A stretch of 64,000 bases of DNA from Podarcis gaigeae (Eukaryota), in NCBI GenBank assembly GCA_964106915.2, contig OZ066921.1; one strand, 5' to 3'. Of this stretch, positions 12,392 through 23,046 are shown one piece after another (positions within the stretch are counted from its first letter, which is position 1; the number at the start of each line of letters is the position of its first letter). The translations under genes and the position numbers were made by a program. The notes below the pieces were generated by a model. That model saw nothing but the letters and a program-made list of their open reading frames with translations. It ran no database searches and had not been told where the DNA came from.

Positions 12392-14257
12392 TTTCAGTGA
12401 TGACCATATTGGTTTATTCTTGTTTGGATTTCCTCTTCCAAAAGGAAATGACTCTCAGCAAGCAACAGAGAGAACATGCACCATTCTATAAATCCAATAA
12501 CAATGTGCCATGTTTGAAATGTGTAGTGTGTCATGACTATGTACAAACATATCTAGCAGGTTTAGACAATACTTCATTGCAACGTGGATTAGAATAATTT
12601 GGGTGACCGTGGAATGATTCATGGGCCATTTTAAACGTACATTGGCAGATAACTGCAGAAGAAAAATCCTGTCATTCAAATGAGAAAAATACATGCTCTA
12701 TCATATTGAAAATCTTTACTGCAAAGCACATCATGTCTGGCACCTCTCAATATACATTCACTGTTGACAGGACAGTGCACTCAATTGTCACGAAGTACTC
12801 TAAGTACTAAGATCTAAGTGATCCTAATATTCTTGGCAATCATTTATCTGTAAAGCCACTTTCATTTCTACTGAAAAGGAGTGTTCAATTGGTAAAAATT
12901 CTGATTAATGTGCAAAAGTGCCCTTTGTTAAATCCATCATCAGCACTATACAGGATCAACAGAATAAGGCTTACAGATGGAAGAACAATGCAGAGTGACT
13001 TGGGTACCTCATGTTTCATAAGCAACATATGTTGGGGAAAATGGAGAACAGATGTGACTTGTTTAATTGAGGAAGCCATAGCCATTTTGACTTACTGTCT
13101 CATCACATCAACATTCCTAATTTAGGTTGAATGTAATAGTGTGGCCACCCATTTTTTTTCCCTCCCCAAAGCATACTTAGGGATGCTGTATGTGGTTTTG
13201 TGTATGTGGGCGTGCGTGTGATTTCCAATACCAACTGCCCTAATCCACAATTCCTGGACTATTGTGTTTTCTGTATTCCAGACCTAATAGTGCCACTGCA
13301 CAGATCAATGTGGAAATGGAGTTCTAGGTAAATATATGACAAAGTGACAGAAACCAGAAATAGGCAGGTTCTCCCATCCTTAAACAGATCACTTCAATCT
13401 TGAAACAGCTCCATGAGCTCCCAGTAGATTTCTAATCTACCTGCTGGCTTTGGTCTTTATGGCAGGGTCAGGAAGCAACTGGCCAACTTTGGCAAAGCCC
13501 AGGACCCAGTTGGCTTTCAGGCATTTGGAAAGCACAGCACAAACTGTTTTGCAAGCTTGGTGCTCGGCACTGCCCAAGCCCAAAGTATAGGGTTGCCAGA
13601 GTCCCTTATACTGTACTTTCCAAGAGCACAACCACCAGCTGACGTTTAGGTGCTAGGGAAGCTCTGCTCAAAGGACTTTCACATGTGGGTGTGCATCCTG
13701 TAGTCTCCCATAGAAAATCAATCTTACTTGCCAGAACGCCAATCCATCTGGAGCCAGGTGTGAGGGTATACACCTAGTGTTTGGGTAGAGAATTTTCCAT
13801 ATAGCTTTCTGCCCCATCTCGGAGTTTTTTTCTTCAACATTTTCTTGAATTATGGACTGACAAGACTGAGCCAGCTGAATATACAGTCTTGGCAGAGTTT
13901 CAAATGTGGATATCTAAGAAGTTCTATTTCCTTGCTCTCTTCCCTATTATTGATGTGCATAATAATTATATATCTTTTTAAAAAGACAAATCTACCCAAA
14001 AGGTCAAAATCATTGATGTTTTTACAGATGGCACCCTGGGGAATTCAGAGTGTAATCTTAGCTCATGTTTGTCTGAAACTGTTACTTGAATGCTTTTTAT
14101 GAGATTCATCAATTACTTTAAAGGCAACCTTGCTGGACGATGTAGACTTTGAATTGCTTACTAGATTGTAGCTGACTGTGGAAAGCTAACAAGCACCTGC
14201 ATATATTTAAAAGCATCTCTGTAATTTTGTGGACTAAAAATTAAGCAAGAATATGGT

Positions 14258-14801
14258 CAACAATACTAAATTGTTCAGGGTTATCAAAACAAAAAGAGAT
14301 TGTGAAGAATCTCTCCAAAGTACAATGACGAACGCAATTCAGTGTAAACAAACGTAAAGTGGGGCAAATCAGTTCAAAAAGAGAACAATCTGAATTTCAC
14401 ATATACATTCATGGTGTATGAACTAGCAGGGACTGACTCAGGAACAACATCTTGAGGTGATGATAGATAGCTTGATGAATATGTCTACCAAGTGTGTGTC
14501 AGCTGTGAAAAATGCAAATTTCGTGCTTGAAATCACTAGGTAAGGAATTGAAACTAAAGCCACCGATATCATAATGCCATTAGACAAATCTATAGTGTGA
14601 CTTCATTTAGAATATTGTGTACAGGTCTGGTCACCCCACCTCAAAAAGGACATTGTCGAATTAGAAAAGGTTAAGAAAGTAGCAACCAAAATGACCAAGG
14701 GGATGGAGTGACTCTTCTATGAGGAAAGGTTGCAGAGTTTGAGACTTACAGCTTAGAGAAAAGGCCTGCAAGAGGTGACATGATGCAAGTTTTTAAAATT
14801 A
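14258..14801 (+). mobile_element. Old CR1 LINE ORF2 3' fragment, left half
   Basis: Decayed CR1 motifs [41 protein letters not shown]. It stops at AAAATTA, and the reading resumes at 22913 (TGCATG...). Confidence 0.85.
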
Positions 14802-15189
14802 CACTGGTCAACAAAAAATTGTTGTCTGCATTTTTTCAGTTGATTTAGGATGAATCTGATGCGCTGAATCCAAAAATCACATTGGTTTTGCTCAATCAGG
14901 TCAAGTTTTTGAGCTATGGCCACATGTCATTTTTTATGTTTTTGTTCACATGTACGCTTGTGTGGAGCATTTTAGAAGAAGTTGGTGGGGGTAAAATACC
15001 ATGTCGAATAATTGTTTTGATTGGAAATGATTATTTTAATGACAAGAAGTATTCAGGTCCGATTGTTCTGGGTGATTATGTCGAAAAGGGATCAGTTTGA
15101 AGTCATAAAACCTCAAAATCTTCCATAAATTGGTGCGGCAAAGCATAAAGTTGGGGGATCAAAACTAAGTTAATGGGGCAGCCGCCCCA

Positions 15190-16321
15190 TGAAGAATTAT
15201 CAAAGGACTCTGCTGAACTATTGGCATCCAGATTGAAGGAAAAAAACCTCCTCTCTGACAGTGCTCGCATCAGCTTCTTCTGCAACAGGCATCAAGAGTA
15301 CCTCCATTTTTTTATCGGAAGAGAAGGACTTGGTGTACTGTGCAGATATTGCGCAGCTTCTGCTCAAGCTTGGAGTGCCACAGTACGAACCCAAAGATTG
15401 GAGACTGTTCATTGATAGCAGCAAGTGATCACTGAAATGTGTTCTGCTACACAACGGCAATCAGTTTGCCTCTACACCCCTGGCTCACTCGACTACACTG
15501 AAGGAGAACTATGAAGCAGTGAAGTATGTGCTAGAGAAAATTGGTTATGATCGGCATAAGTGGTTTATTTGTGTTGACCTGAAGATGGTGAACTTTTTGT
15601 TGGGACAACAGTCTGGCTTCACCAAGTACCCATGTTTTCTGTGCATGTGGGATAGTAGGGACCGTGCTCAGCATTACACGAAGAAGGACTGGCCTGTGTG
15701 GGAGGAATTGGTGCCTTGCAAAGAAAGGAATGTCATCAACGACCCTCTGGTGGACAGAGACAGAATACTCTTCCCACCGCTGCACATCAAGCTCAGCTTA
15801 AGCAGTTCACCAAGGCTCTGGACAAGGATGGTGACTGCTTCACTTACTTGTGCCAGGCTTTTCCAGGATTGACCATGGAGAAGTTGAAAGCTGGCATCTT
15901 TGACGGTCCTCAGATCCATCAGCTCATCAGAGATCCAGAGTTCGGAAACTCAATGAACGAAGTGGAACTGGAAGCGTGGAATGCATTTGTTCTGGTAGTG
16001 AAGAACTTTCTTGGCAACAATAAGGCCAGAAACTACACAGAACTTGTCAACAACATGCTGACTGCTTTCAGAAACCTGGGCTGCAACATGAGCATCAAGA
16101 TGCACTACCTATTTTCACATATGGACCAGTTTCCTGAGAACCTGGGTTCAGTGAGTGATGAGCAGGGGGAGAGATTCCATCAGGACATGAAAGAGATGGA
16201 GACCAGGTATCAGGGTCGCTGGGACGCAGTCATGATGGCTGACTACTGTTGGACTCTGAAGAGAGACCTCCCTGCCGCTGCGCATTCCAGGAGTTCCAAG
16301 AAGTGGAAGTTCAAGCCCTGA
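15190..16321 (+). pseudogene. Chapaev3-type transposase, N-terminally deleted, with frameshifts and a stop
   Basis: LSKDSAELLASRLKEKNLL, WRLFIDSS, DLKMVNFLLGQQSGFTKYPCFLCMWDSR, PPLHIKL, GIFDGPQI, SDEQGERFHQD, MADYCWTLKRD across ORFs 15173-15415, 15519-15872 and 15698-16321. Confidence 0.88.
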
Positions 16322-16410
16322 AGTTTGAAAAATGGTGAAGCAACATGCAATTTACGTGTACTTACCTTTATCAATGCCCACCATTCAGTTTACAGTAATC
16401 AATGTTTCTA

Positions 16411-16434
16411 TCAGGGTTAGGGTTAGGGTTAGGG
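16411..16434 (+). repeat. Short interstitial telomeric tract TCAGGG(TTAGGG)3
   Basis: Direct inspection; sits exactly at the Chapaev3/LTR junction. Confidence 0.85.
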
Positions 16435-16664
16435 GGATACTGTATATAGTTTTCACTCAGGTCTGTAGATAGTTTTCACTCAGGTCCGCGTCAGTTATTT
16501 CAGGCGGGAAACTCTGGGCTGTTGTTGCTACAATGTTGACAGCCAGCTGCCTATAAAAGCAGGCCGGCTGAGCTGTTTGCAGTCAGTTCTATTCCAGCTT
16601 ACAAAATAAAGAGCTACTTGGAGAAATCGCTGTGCCGTCTGCTATGTCAACCCACAACTTAACA
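16428..16664 (+). mobile_element. Short solo LTR
   Basis: TATAAAA at about 16551, AATAAA at about 16605, 3' terminus CTTAACA, 23-bp tandem duplication at 16441-16486. The 5' TG and the left TSD are missing. Confidence 0.7.
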
Positions 16665-16795
16665 ATATGTGTTGACAAAAATCAGCTGATAATGCCACAA
16701 AAATGTAATCGATATTGTCACAAGATCTGATTTTTATTTTTTTTTTCAAATCAACACAGCACAAAAATCTGACCTGATGGCTTCCGGTTTCCGTC

Positions 16796-17293
16796 ACTGA
16801 ACTGAAAGGGAGTGTGGAGAAACTCCGGAGGAGTTCTCCGAGTAATACAGGGGCTTGGGGGTGTCGCAAAGGCACTGCGCCCCCCCCAGAAAGCTCAAGG
16901 GGGGAAGCCCTTGAGGAAAAGAGCCCCAGCCATGTGGATGCAGCTCCCCATTTTTCCGGGTTTCTTTTGTTAAGGAGCTCGAAGCGGAGAGCCTGCTAGC
17001 ACAAAAGGGGAAACAGCGACCCTGTATTACGAACTGAAAGGGAGTGAAAGGGAGTGAACTGAACTGAAAGGGAGTGTGGAGAAACTCCGGAGGAGTTCTC
17101 CGAGTAATACAGGGGCTTGGGGGTGTCGCAAAGGCACTGCGCCCCCCCAGAAAGCTCAAGGGGGGAAGCCCTTGAGGGAAAGAGCCCCAGCCATGTGGAT
17201 GCAGCTCCCCGTTTTTCCGGGTTTCTTTTGTTAAGGAGCTCGAAGCGGAGAGCCTGCTAGCACAAAAGGGGAAACAGCGACCCTGTATTACGA
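16796..17293 (+). repeat. Tandem duplication of an approximately 237-bp CpG-rich unit at the L1 5' end (period 262 bp)
   Basis: 16796-17032 and 17058-17293 differ at only about 2 positions by eye; the spacer is made of GAAAGGGAGT pieces. Confidence 0.9.
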
Positions 17294-18877
17294 TGCCTCT
17301 GGCTCCCTCTGAAGAATGCGATGAACCTCCTCAACCATAAGAACGGAACCCTTAGTGTGAGTAGTCTTTTTTTATGCCGAAAAATTTAATGTTACACTAA
17401 GAGAACATCGGATGTTAGAAGATTTAATCTGGGAATTTATCTCGATAGAGGACTAAAATGGTGCTGGCTACAAAGTAGCAAGGAGGAGACAGGAAGTTTT
17501 TTTTCTTTCTGCCCGACTGTGTGAGTTACTAAGTAACTGTCTTGGACTTCTAATGTAACAAACGTAAAAATTTGAAACATTCCACAACCCTGGACAGCCA
17601 GCCTCTTTGGAGAGGAGCGGCTTAAATCTAAAATCTAAAAAGAGAGAGTAAATTACGAAAGGCTGCAGAGCAGTTTGAAATGGAGCTTTGCAGATCAGGA
17701 GAGAAGAGCTGCCTATGGAACTCTATGTAGAAGGGCACGGAAAAAAACGGCTCGAGAAAACCGTCGGAAATATTAATAAAAAGAACTCTCCCTAACTTGT
17801 TGGCTATCGTGGACACGCTGGAGGTTTGCTCAAAGCCTCTACGACTGAAACAAAAAACCATACGAAGCTAAAATATATTCCTCCAGCCCACCCTGTCAAA
17901 ACTGTACATATACCATGCTCATAAGTTCGTGATTATCATTTTTTTTCCCTCCCCTGGTCCCCCCCTTCTACCCCATGTTCAGTTATACCATTCATGACAT
18001 TTACATTTTTGTGTTAAGTCAAAAAATAAATTGGTTACTCTATATTTTTTTCCTTCCCCTCTCCTGTCCCCTCTCCCTCCTCCCTCCCCTCCAACTCTGT
18101 TTTACTGTCTGTTTCTCTTTCCTCTTTATTTTAATAACATAACTAACAACTTATTCAACCTACTTTCTACTCACCAATTTTTGGAGGAACTCTAAATCAT
18201 CGGAATCATAACATTTAATTTAGGACGATCCTTTATCTCCTGAAAACACAATCAATGGGATAACAGCTAACATCTGAGGCACCCAGTGTGGTTTCCTGGA
18301 TATAACTACACCTCACCTAAGACCGAATAAAGAGACGCATTGGAATTTGGAACTGGAAATTCCAGAGTGCAATAAAACTTCGCACAGCCCCCAGAGTGCA
18401 ATAAAACTTTGCACAGCTCCCGCGAAATGGACTAAATAAATAAGTGGCTGAAAACTACAGGATTATACAAGTGGCTGAAACTACTGAATATATAGAGACT
18501 ATACAACTTCTTCTTTCCCCCCCCTGGAATATAACAGAAAGACACCGATTTTTGTTTATGCTTTTTTATTTTTTGCTCCTCTCCCCTCTGTCTCTGAAAC
18601 AATTATACTAATATACTAATACAAAGCAAATATTTAACAACAAAAAGTTTCTGGAAATATAAGTGGGACTGGTTAATATTGTGTGAATAATTGATGTAAA
18701 TAAACTGAAATAAGGTATTGAAAGCCCCCTTGATACTAAGAAAACAAAAGAGGATAGGAGGTCAGGAGGGCAAGAGTTTTAAACTAATACAGTTTAAGGT
18801 GTTTATGGTGTGGAAAACATAAAAAGGGGGGGAAATAGATTGTGAGCCCTTTAGGGGAGAGAAATATAAACCACAGG

Positions 18878-19905
18878 ATGTCGGGGGGAAATGGTAAAAA
18901 AGTTGGAGGGACCCCGGGAGAAAGAAAAGCATCTCGACAAGAGGAAATTAAAGACTTAGACTTTTTGTGGTTTAAGATTAAAGAGGAATTTAAGCAAAGG
19001 GAAACACACATGGAAAACAAACTAGGAGAAATACAGGAGCAAATTGATAGGAAAATAGAAAGTGCTGTAGGCGAACTCTCGAAAAAGATACAAGATTTGA
19101 CAGTTAAATCAAAAATAATTGAAGACTCCAATAAAAAAACACAAAAAGATTTGAGGGACCAAAAGAAGGAAACAGAAAAGCTGAAGGAAGAAGTAAAAAA
19201 ATTAAATAAAACACAAGACCAATTATTGGACAATTTAGCTATGACAGAAATGCGTCAAAAACATCTTAATTTAAAATTTAAAGGGATCGCTGAAGAAGCA
19301 AATGAAAACATAAGAGAAAAATAGTTCAGGAACTTGCAAAATGGTTGGAGATGAAAGAAGAACAAATAGCATATACAATAGAGAACGCGTTTAGAATAAG
19401 AGGAAAACCACAACAATTTAAGTCCAAAAGAATCCCCGGAGACTGTTTAGTAATATTCAACTCCATTGAAATGAAAAATATAATATTAAGAAATAGTTTT
19501 AAAAGAAAGTTGATGATCTGAGACCGTCCAATCACCATCTTTAAAGAAATTCCAATTAGGATCCTGCGCAAAAGGGAAGGATACAGACAGTTAACAAGTG
19601 TTTTGAAGAGGAACGCAATACAATACAAATGGGAATTCCCAGAGGGGGTTTCCTTCTATCATAAAAATAAAAAATTCAAGTTGACAGATATTCATGAAGC
19701 AGAAAAGTTCATGAGAAGATACGAAAAAGACCTGGGTAAAGAAGAAGTAGGACAGCGAGGAGGCGACTTGGTCGCAGGGGGGAGTGGAGGGGGTGGAGTC
19801 GAGGAGGGGGGGGAGTCAGAGGAGGAAATGGAGGATTTTAGATCGGAGGAAGAGGAGGAGGGAGAAGACAGAGACTTCAACAGAAAGGGAAGCACCAGAC
19901 TTTAA
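18878..19905 (+). pseudogene. L1 ORF1p (coiled coil, RRM-like, CTD, acidic tail), disrupted
   Basis: K/E-rich coiled coil in ORF 18842-19324, frameshift at about 19320, AFRIRGK/PGDCLVIF, stop at about 19519, IFKEIP..YKWEFPEGVSF. Confidence 0.85.
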
Positions 19906-19945
19906 ATCAGAAAGTAGGATAAAGTGTACTTAGTCATAACTTGAA

Positions 19946-21719
19946 ATGACCATTAAGTTTATATCGTGGAATGTGAATGGCTTTAACGATAAGTCCAAGA
20001 GGAATAAATTTGAAAAAATTATAAAGAAAAAAAATCTATGTCATTTGTTGCCAAGAAACTCATGTTGCCAAAAAACACAAGCATATTTTAATAAATAAGA
20101 AGCTGGGAATAGAATTTATCAACTCAGACTCAAAAAAGAAAAGAGGGGTAGTAATTAATGTGAAAGAAAAATTAGAACCCAAGCAAATATGTAAGGATGA
20201 GGAAGGAAGAATCCTAGGAGTACAAATTAAATACCAGGGAGAAAAAATAAATGTGGTAACAGTTTATGCCCCAAACTCAAATAGACTGGAGTTTTTTTAA
20301 AAAATGGAGCAATTCTTATTAGACTTAGATAATAACAAATTGGTCTTACTTGGAGATTTAAATGGAGTACCGACACCAGAACTAGATAGAAGTGTAAGAA
20401 AAAAGAAGTTAAACCAAGGGAAATTACCAAAATCCTTCAATGACCTTGAGGAAAATTTAGATCTAATAGATATATGGAGATTTAAAGATTGGCAGAGACT
20501 ACTTTCTAAATTTATTTGGCAAGGAAAAAGACCAAGGATTAAATTCAAATTGCTCATGGATCAAAAAGACAGGGGGGGATTTGCGGTCCCAAATTTACAG
20601 TTATATTATGAAGCAGCATGCCTTTGTTGGGTAAAAGAATGGATTGTCATTAAAAATAAAGATTTGTTAGATCTAGAGGGTTTTAACTTAAGATTTGGAT
20701 GGCATGACTATCTGTGGCGGGATAAAGGAAAGAAACATAAAGATTTTTCTAACCATATTATTAGAGGGCCACTGTTAGAAGTGTGGGAAAGGAATAAAAA
20801 ATTATTGGAACAGAAAACTCCCTGGTGGTTATCACCAATCGATATACTGACAAAAAAGAAAATAAACACTGAAGGGGAAAGATGGACATATGAAGATCTA
20901 TTAGTTAGAAATGAATCCGGGTGGAGAATCAGACCATATGAAGAAATAAAAAATAAGTTGACTGGCTGGATTCAATATCACCAAATTAACTCCATGTGGA
21001 CGGAAGATAAAAAGATTGGGATAAATGAGAAGAAATCTAGATTTCAGATTGAAATAATAGAAGGAAGAACAAAATTACTATCAAAAATGTATAACCAGTT
21101 ACTTGAGTGGGACACCAAAGATGAGGAAGTGAAGGAGGTGATGGTGACAGTGGACTTGGGTTATAATATAGAGTTTGACAAATGGAAGGCTTTATGGTGT
21201 AAAGGTATGAACTTCACGGCATGTACAACACTCAACGAGAACATGTATAAGATGATGTACAGATGGTACATGACGCCGGTAAAATTGGATAAAATTTATA
21301 AAACAGGTGATAAAATGTGTTGGAAATGCAAGAGTAAGGAGGGCGACTTTATACATATATGGTGGTCATGTGAGACACTTAAAAAATTTTGGGAATCTAT
21401 CTATAATGAATTTTAAAAAGTCCTCAAATACACCTTTAGCAAAAAACCTGAAGCTTTCCTCCTGGGGATAATTGGCGAAGAAATCAAAAAGGAAGATAAA
21501 ACATTTTTTCAATACACAACAGTGGCTGCCAGAACCCTCATAGCACAGTATTGGAAAACGTCTAAAATCCCAACGATAATAGAGTGGCAATCTAAACTAT
21601 TTGACTATTTAGAACTGGCAAAATTGACATAGAAAATAAGAAATCAAAAAAGTACAAAATTTAATAATGAATGGGATAAATTTAAGTTATATATGGAAAC
21701 AGAAATAAAAGGAAAATAA
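19946..21719 (+). pseudogene. L1 ORF2p remnant: APE endonuclease fused directly to the C-terminal/zinc-knuckle region, RT absent
   Basis: MTIKFISWNVNG, QETH, VYAPN, GDLN, LIDIWR (endonuclease), followed at once by DWQRLLSKFIWQGKRPRI..GGFAVPN..YY and CWKC-x8-H-x3/4-C. No QG/ADD RT motifs. Confidence 0.9.
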
Positions 21720-21769
21720 AAATGTTGATAAAAAACAAATATATATTTGAAAAATTCACAGTAGGTATG

Positions 21770-22529
21770 TGTCAGGACTGCCGCTAGGTCCCAGCTCACA
21801 GAGGACCAACGCCCAGTGGATATTATATACAAAAGTCTTTATTGAAGTTTAGTTTCCATTTCCAAGCTCTGGGCGCGCAGGCCCACGTCTTAACGCTAGA
21901 CCGGCTAAGTCCCCTCTGACTCACTGCTCCACCCACACCAGTTTAAGATTCTAGCCCGGCTCCACCTCTTGCGCTGCTCTTTCCTGCGTTGGGTCCTTCT
22001 GCCCTCTGGGGTTCCCTCCTTCCTGGACTCCTCTGACGCGGAGCCTCCTGAGTCTTGCCCCTCCCTCCGGCGGGCTTTAGGACCTGGCTCCCTTCCCGGG
22101 CTCCCCGCTGTGCCGCGCTCCTGTACATTTGAACTTGGCGCGCGCGCCCAGCCGGTGACTTTCCTTCTGACCGTTTCCCCGCTTCCTGATGTGGGTGTAG
22201 CCAAACCTGACTCCTCTCCTCCCTCTGGTGGTGAGGACACTGGTCCCGACTCCTGGGACTCCCCCTCCCCACTGCGCTCTGGTGGAGACGCTGGTCCTGA
22301 TCTCCAGCTGCTGCTCAGGGACTCCCCGCTGGCCCCTCCCTCTTGAGGTTTCTCCCTTGGAATCTCCCTTGCTCTGGCCACCGGTGCTCCCTTCTGTGAG
22401 TCCTCCGATTCGCTAGAGAGGCTTGTGGAATAACTCTGGCCACTGTCACTGCCTGCGCCCCCCTCGTACTCCTCCTCCTCACTCTCCATTTGCTCCCCCT
22501 CCTGTGTCTCTCCTTCTGAAACCCTGACA
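21770..22529 (-). mobile_element. Solo LTR (760 bp) inserted in the L1 3' UTR
   Basis: TGTCAGG...CCTGACA terminal inverted repeats, exact 5-bp TSD GTATG (21765-21769 and 22530-22534), minus-strand AATAAA at 21838-21843, CpG-rich (young). Confidence 0.92.
21905..22489 (-). CDS. Hypothetical LTR-encoded 194-aa low-complexity protein (acidic N-terminus, Arg-rich C-terminus)
   Basis: ATG-initiated, uninterrupted, in LTR sense orientation, ending upstream of the poly(A) signal. No recognisable domain. Confidence 0.3.
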   Translation of the reverse strand: MESEEEEYEGGAGSDSGQSYSTSLSSESEDSQKGAPVARAREIPREKPQEGGASGESLSSSWRSGPASPPERSGEGESQESGPVSSPPEGGEESGLATPTSGSGETVRRKVTGWARAPSSNVQERGTAGSPGREPGPKARRREGQDSGGSASEESRKEGTPEGRRTQRRKEQRKRWSRARILNWCGWSSESEGT

Positions 22530-22912
22530 GTATGAGATAACGCTTACTACGTAAAATTTGCTTGAAAAATGAGACACTGCAGATAAAAAATATGTTAACT
22601 TTATTCCGAAATCGAGATAAAGGGAAGTCGATGAGTGTTTGTCAATGTAAGTTGAGTTGTCTATGTTTTTATGTATTACATGTTTCGTTTTTCTTTTTCT
22701 TTTCTTTTTTCCTTTTTTCTTGGCTGTGTAAGTATGTTTGTGATATGTATGATATGTATGTTAAAAAGCAATAAAAAATATTTTTTTAAAAAAACCTGAC
22801 CTGATGGAGAGAGACGGATGCCATTTCCTGATTCAGCAGTGCAAAAATACCCTAAATCAGTTGTAGAAATCTAGACAACATTCAAAAAGTAAAAAATTGT
22901 TGCCCAGTGTTA

Positions 22913-23046
22913 TGCATGACATGGAGAAACTGGATGGTGAAAAGTTTGTCTCCCTCTCTCTCTGACACTAGAATGCATGGACATCCAATGCAGCTTAATG
23001 TTGGAAGATTCAGGACAGATAAAAGGCAGCACATAGTTAAATTATG
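22913..23046 (+). mobile_element. Old CR1 LINE fragment, right half
   Basis: Continues the CR1 frame from 14801 (MHDMEKLD...TR.HGHPMQLNVGRFRTDKR). Confidence 0.85.

Larger units (their letters stand above)
16781..22789 (+). mobile_element. 5'-complete L1 LINE with internal RT deletion
   Basis: 18-bp TSD AAAAA(T/C)CTGACCTGATGG at 16763-16780 and 22790-22807. GC-rich 5' end, 2.1-kb 5' UTR, ORF1, ORF2 remnant, AATAAA and A-rich tail. Confidence 0.92.
14802..22909 (+). mobile_element. Chapaev3-type (CMC superfamily) DNA transposon, internally deleted, carrying nested insertions
   Basis: Termini CACTGGTCAACAA...TTGTTGCCCAGTG with about 110 bp of imperfect subterminal inverted similarity (TGATTTAGG, GCTGAATC, ATCAGGTCA). 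3-bp TSD TTA at 14799-14801 and 22910-22912. Transposase remnant inside. Confidence 0.88.
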
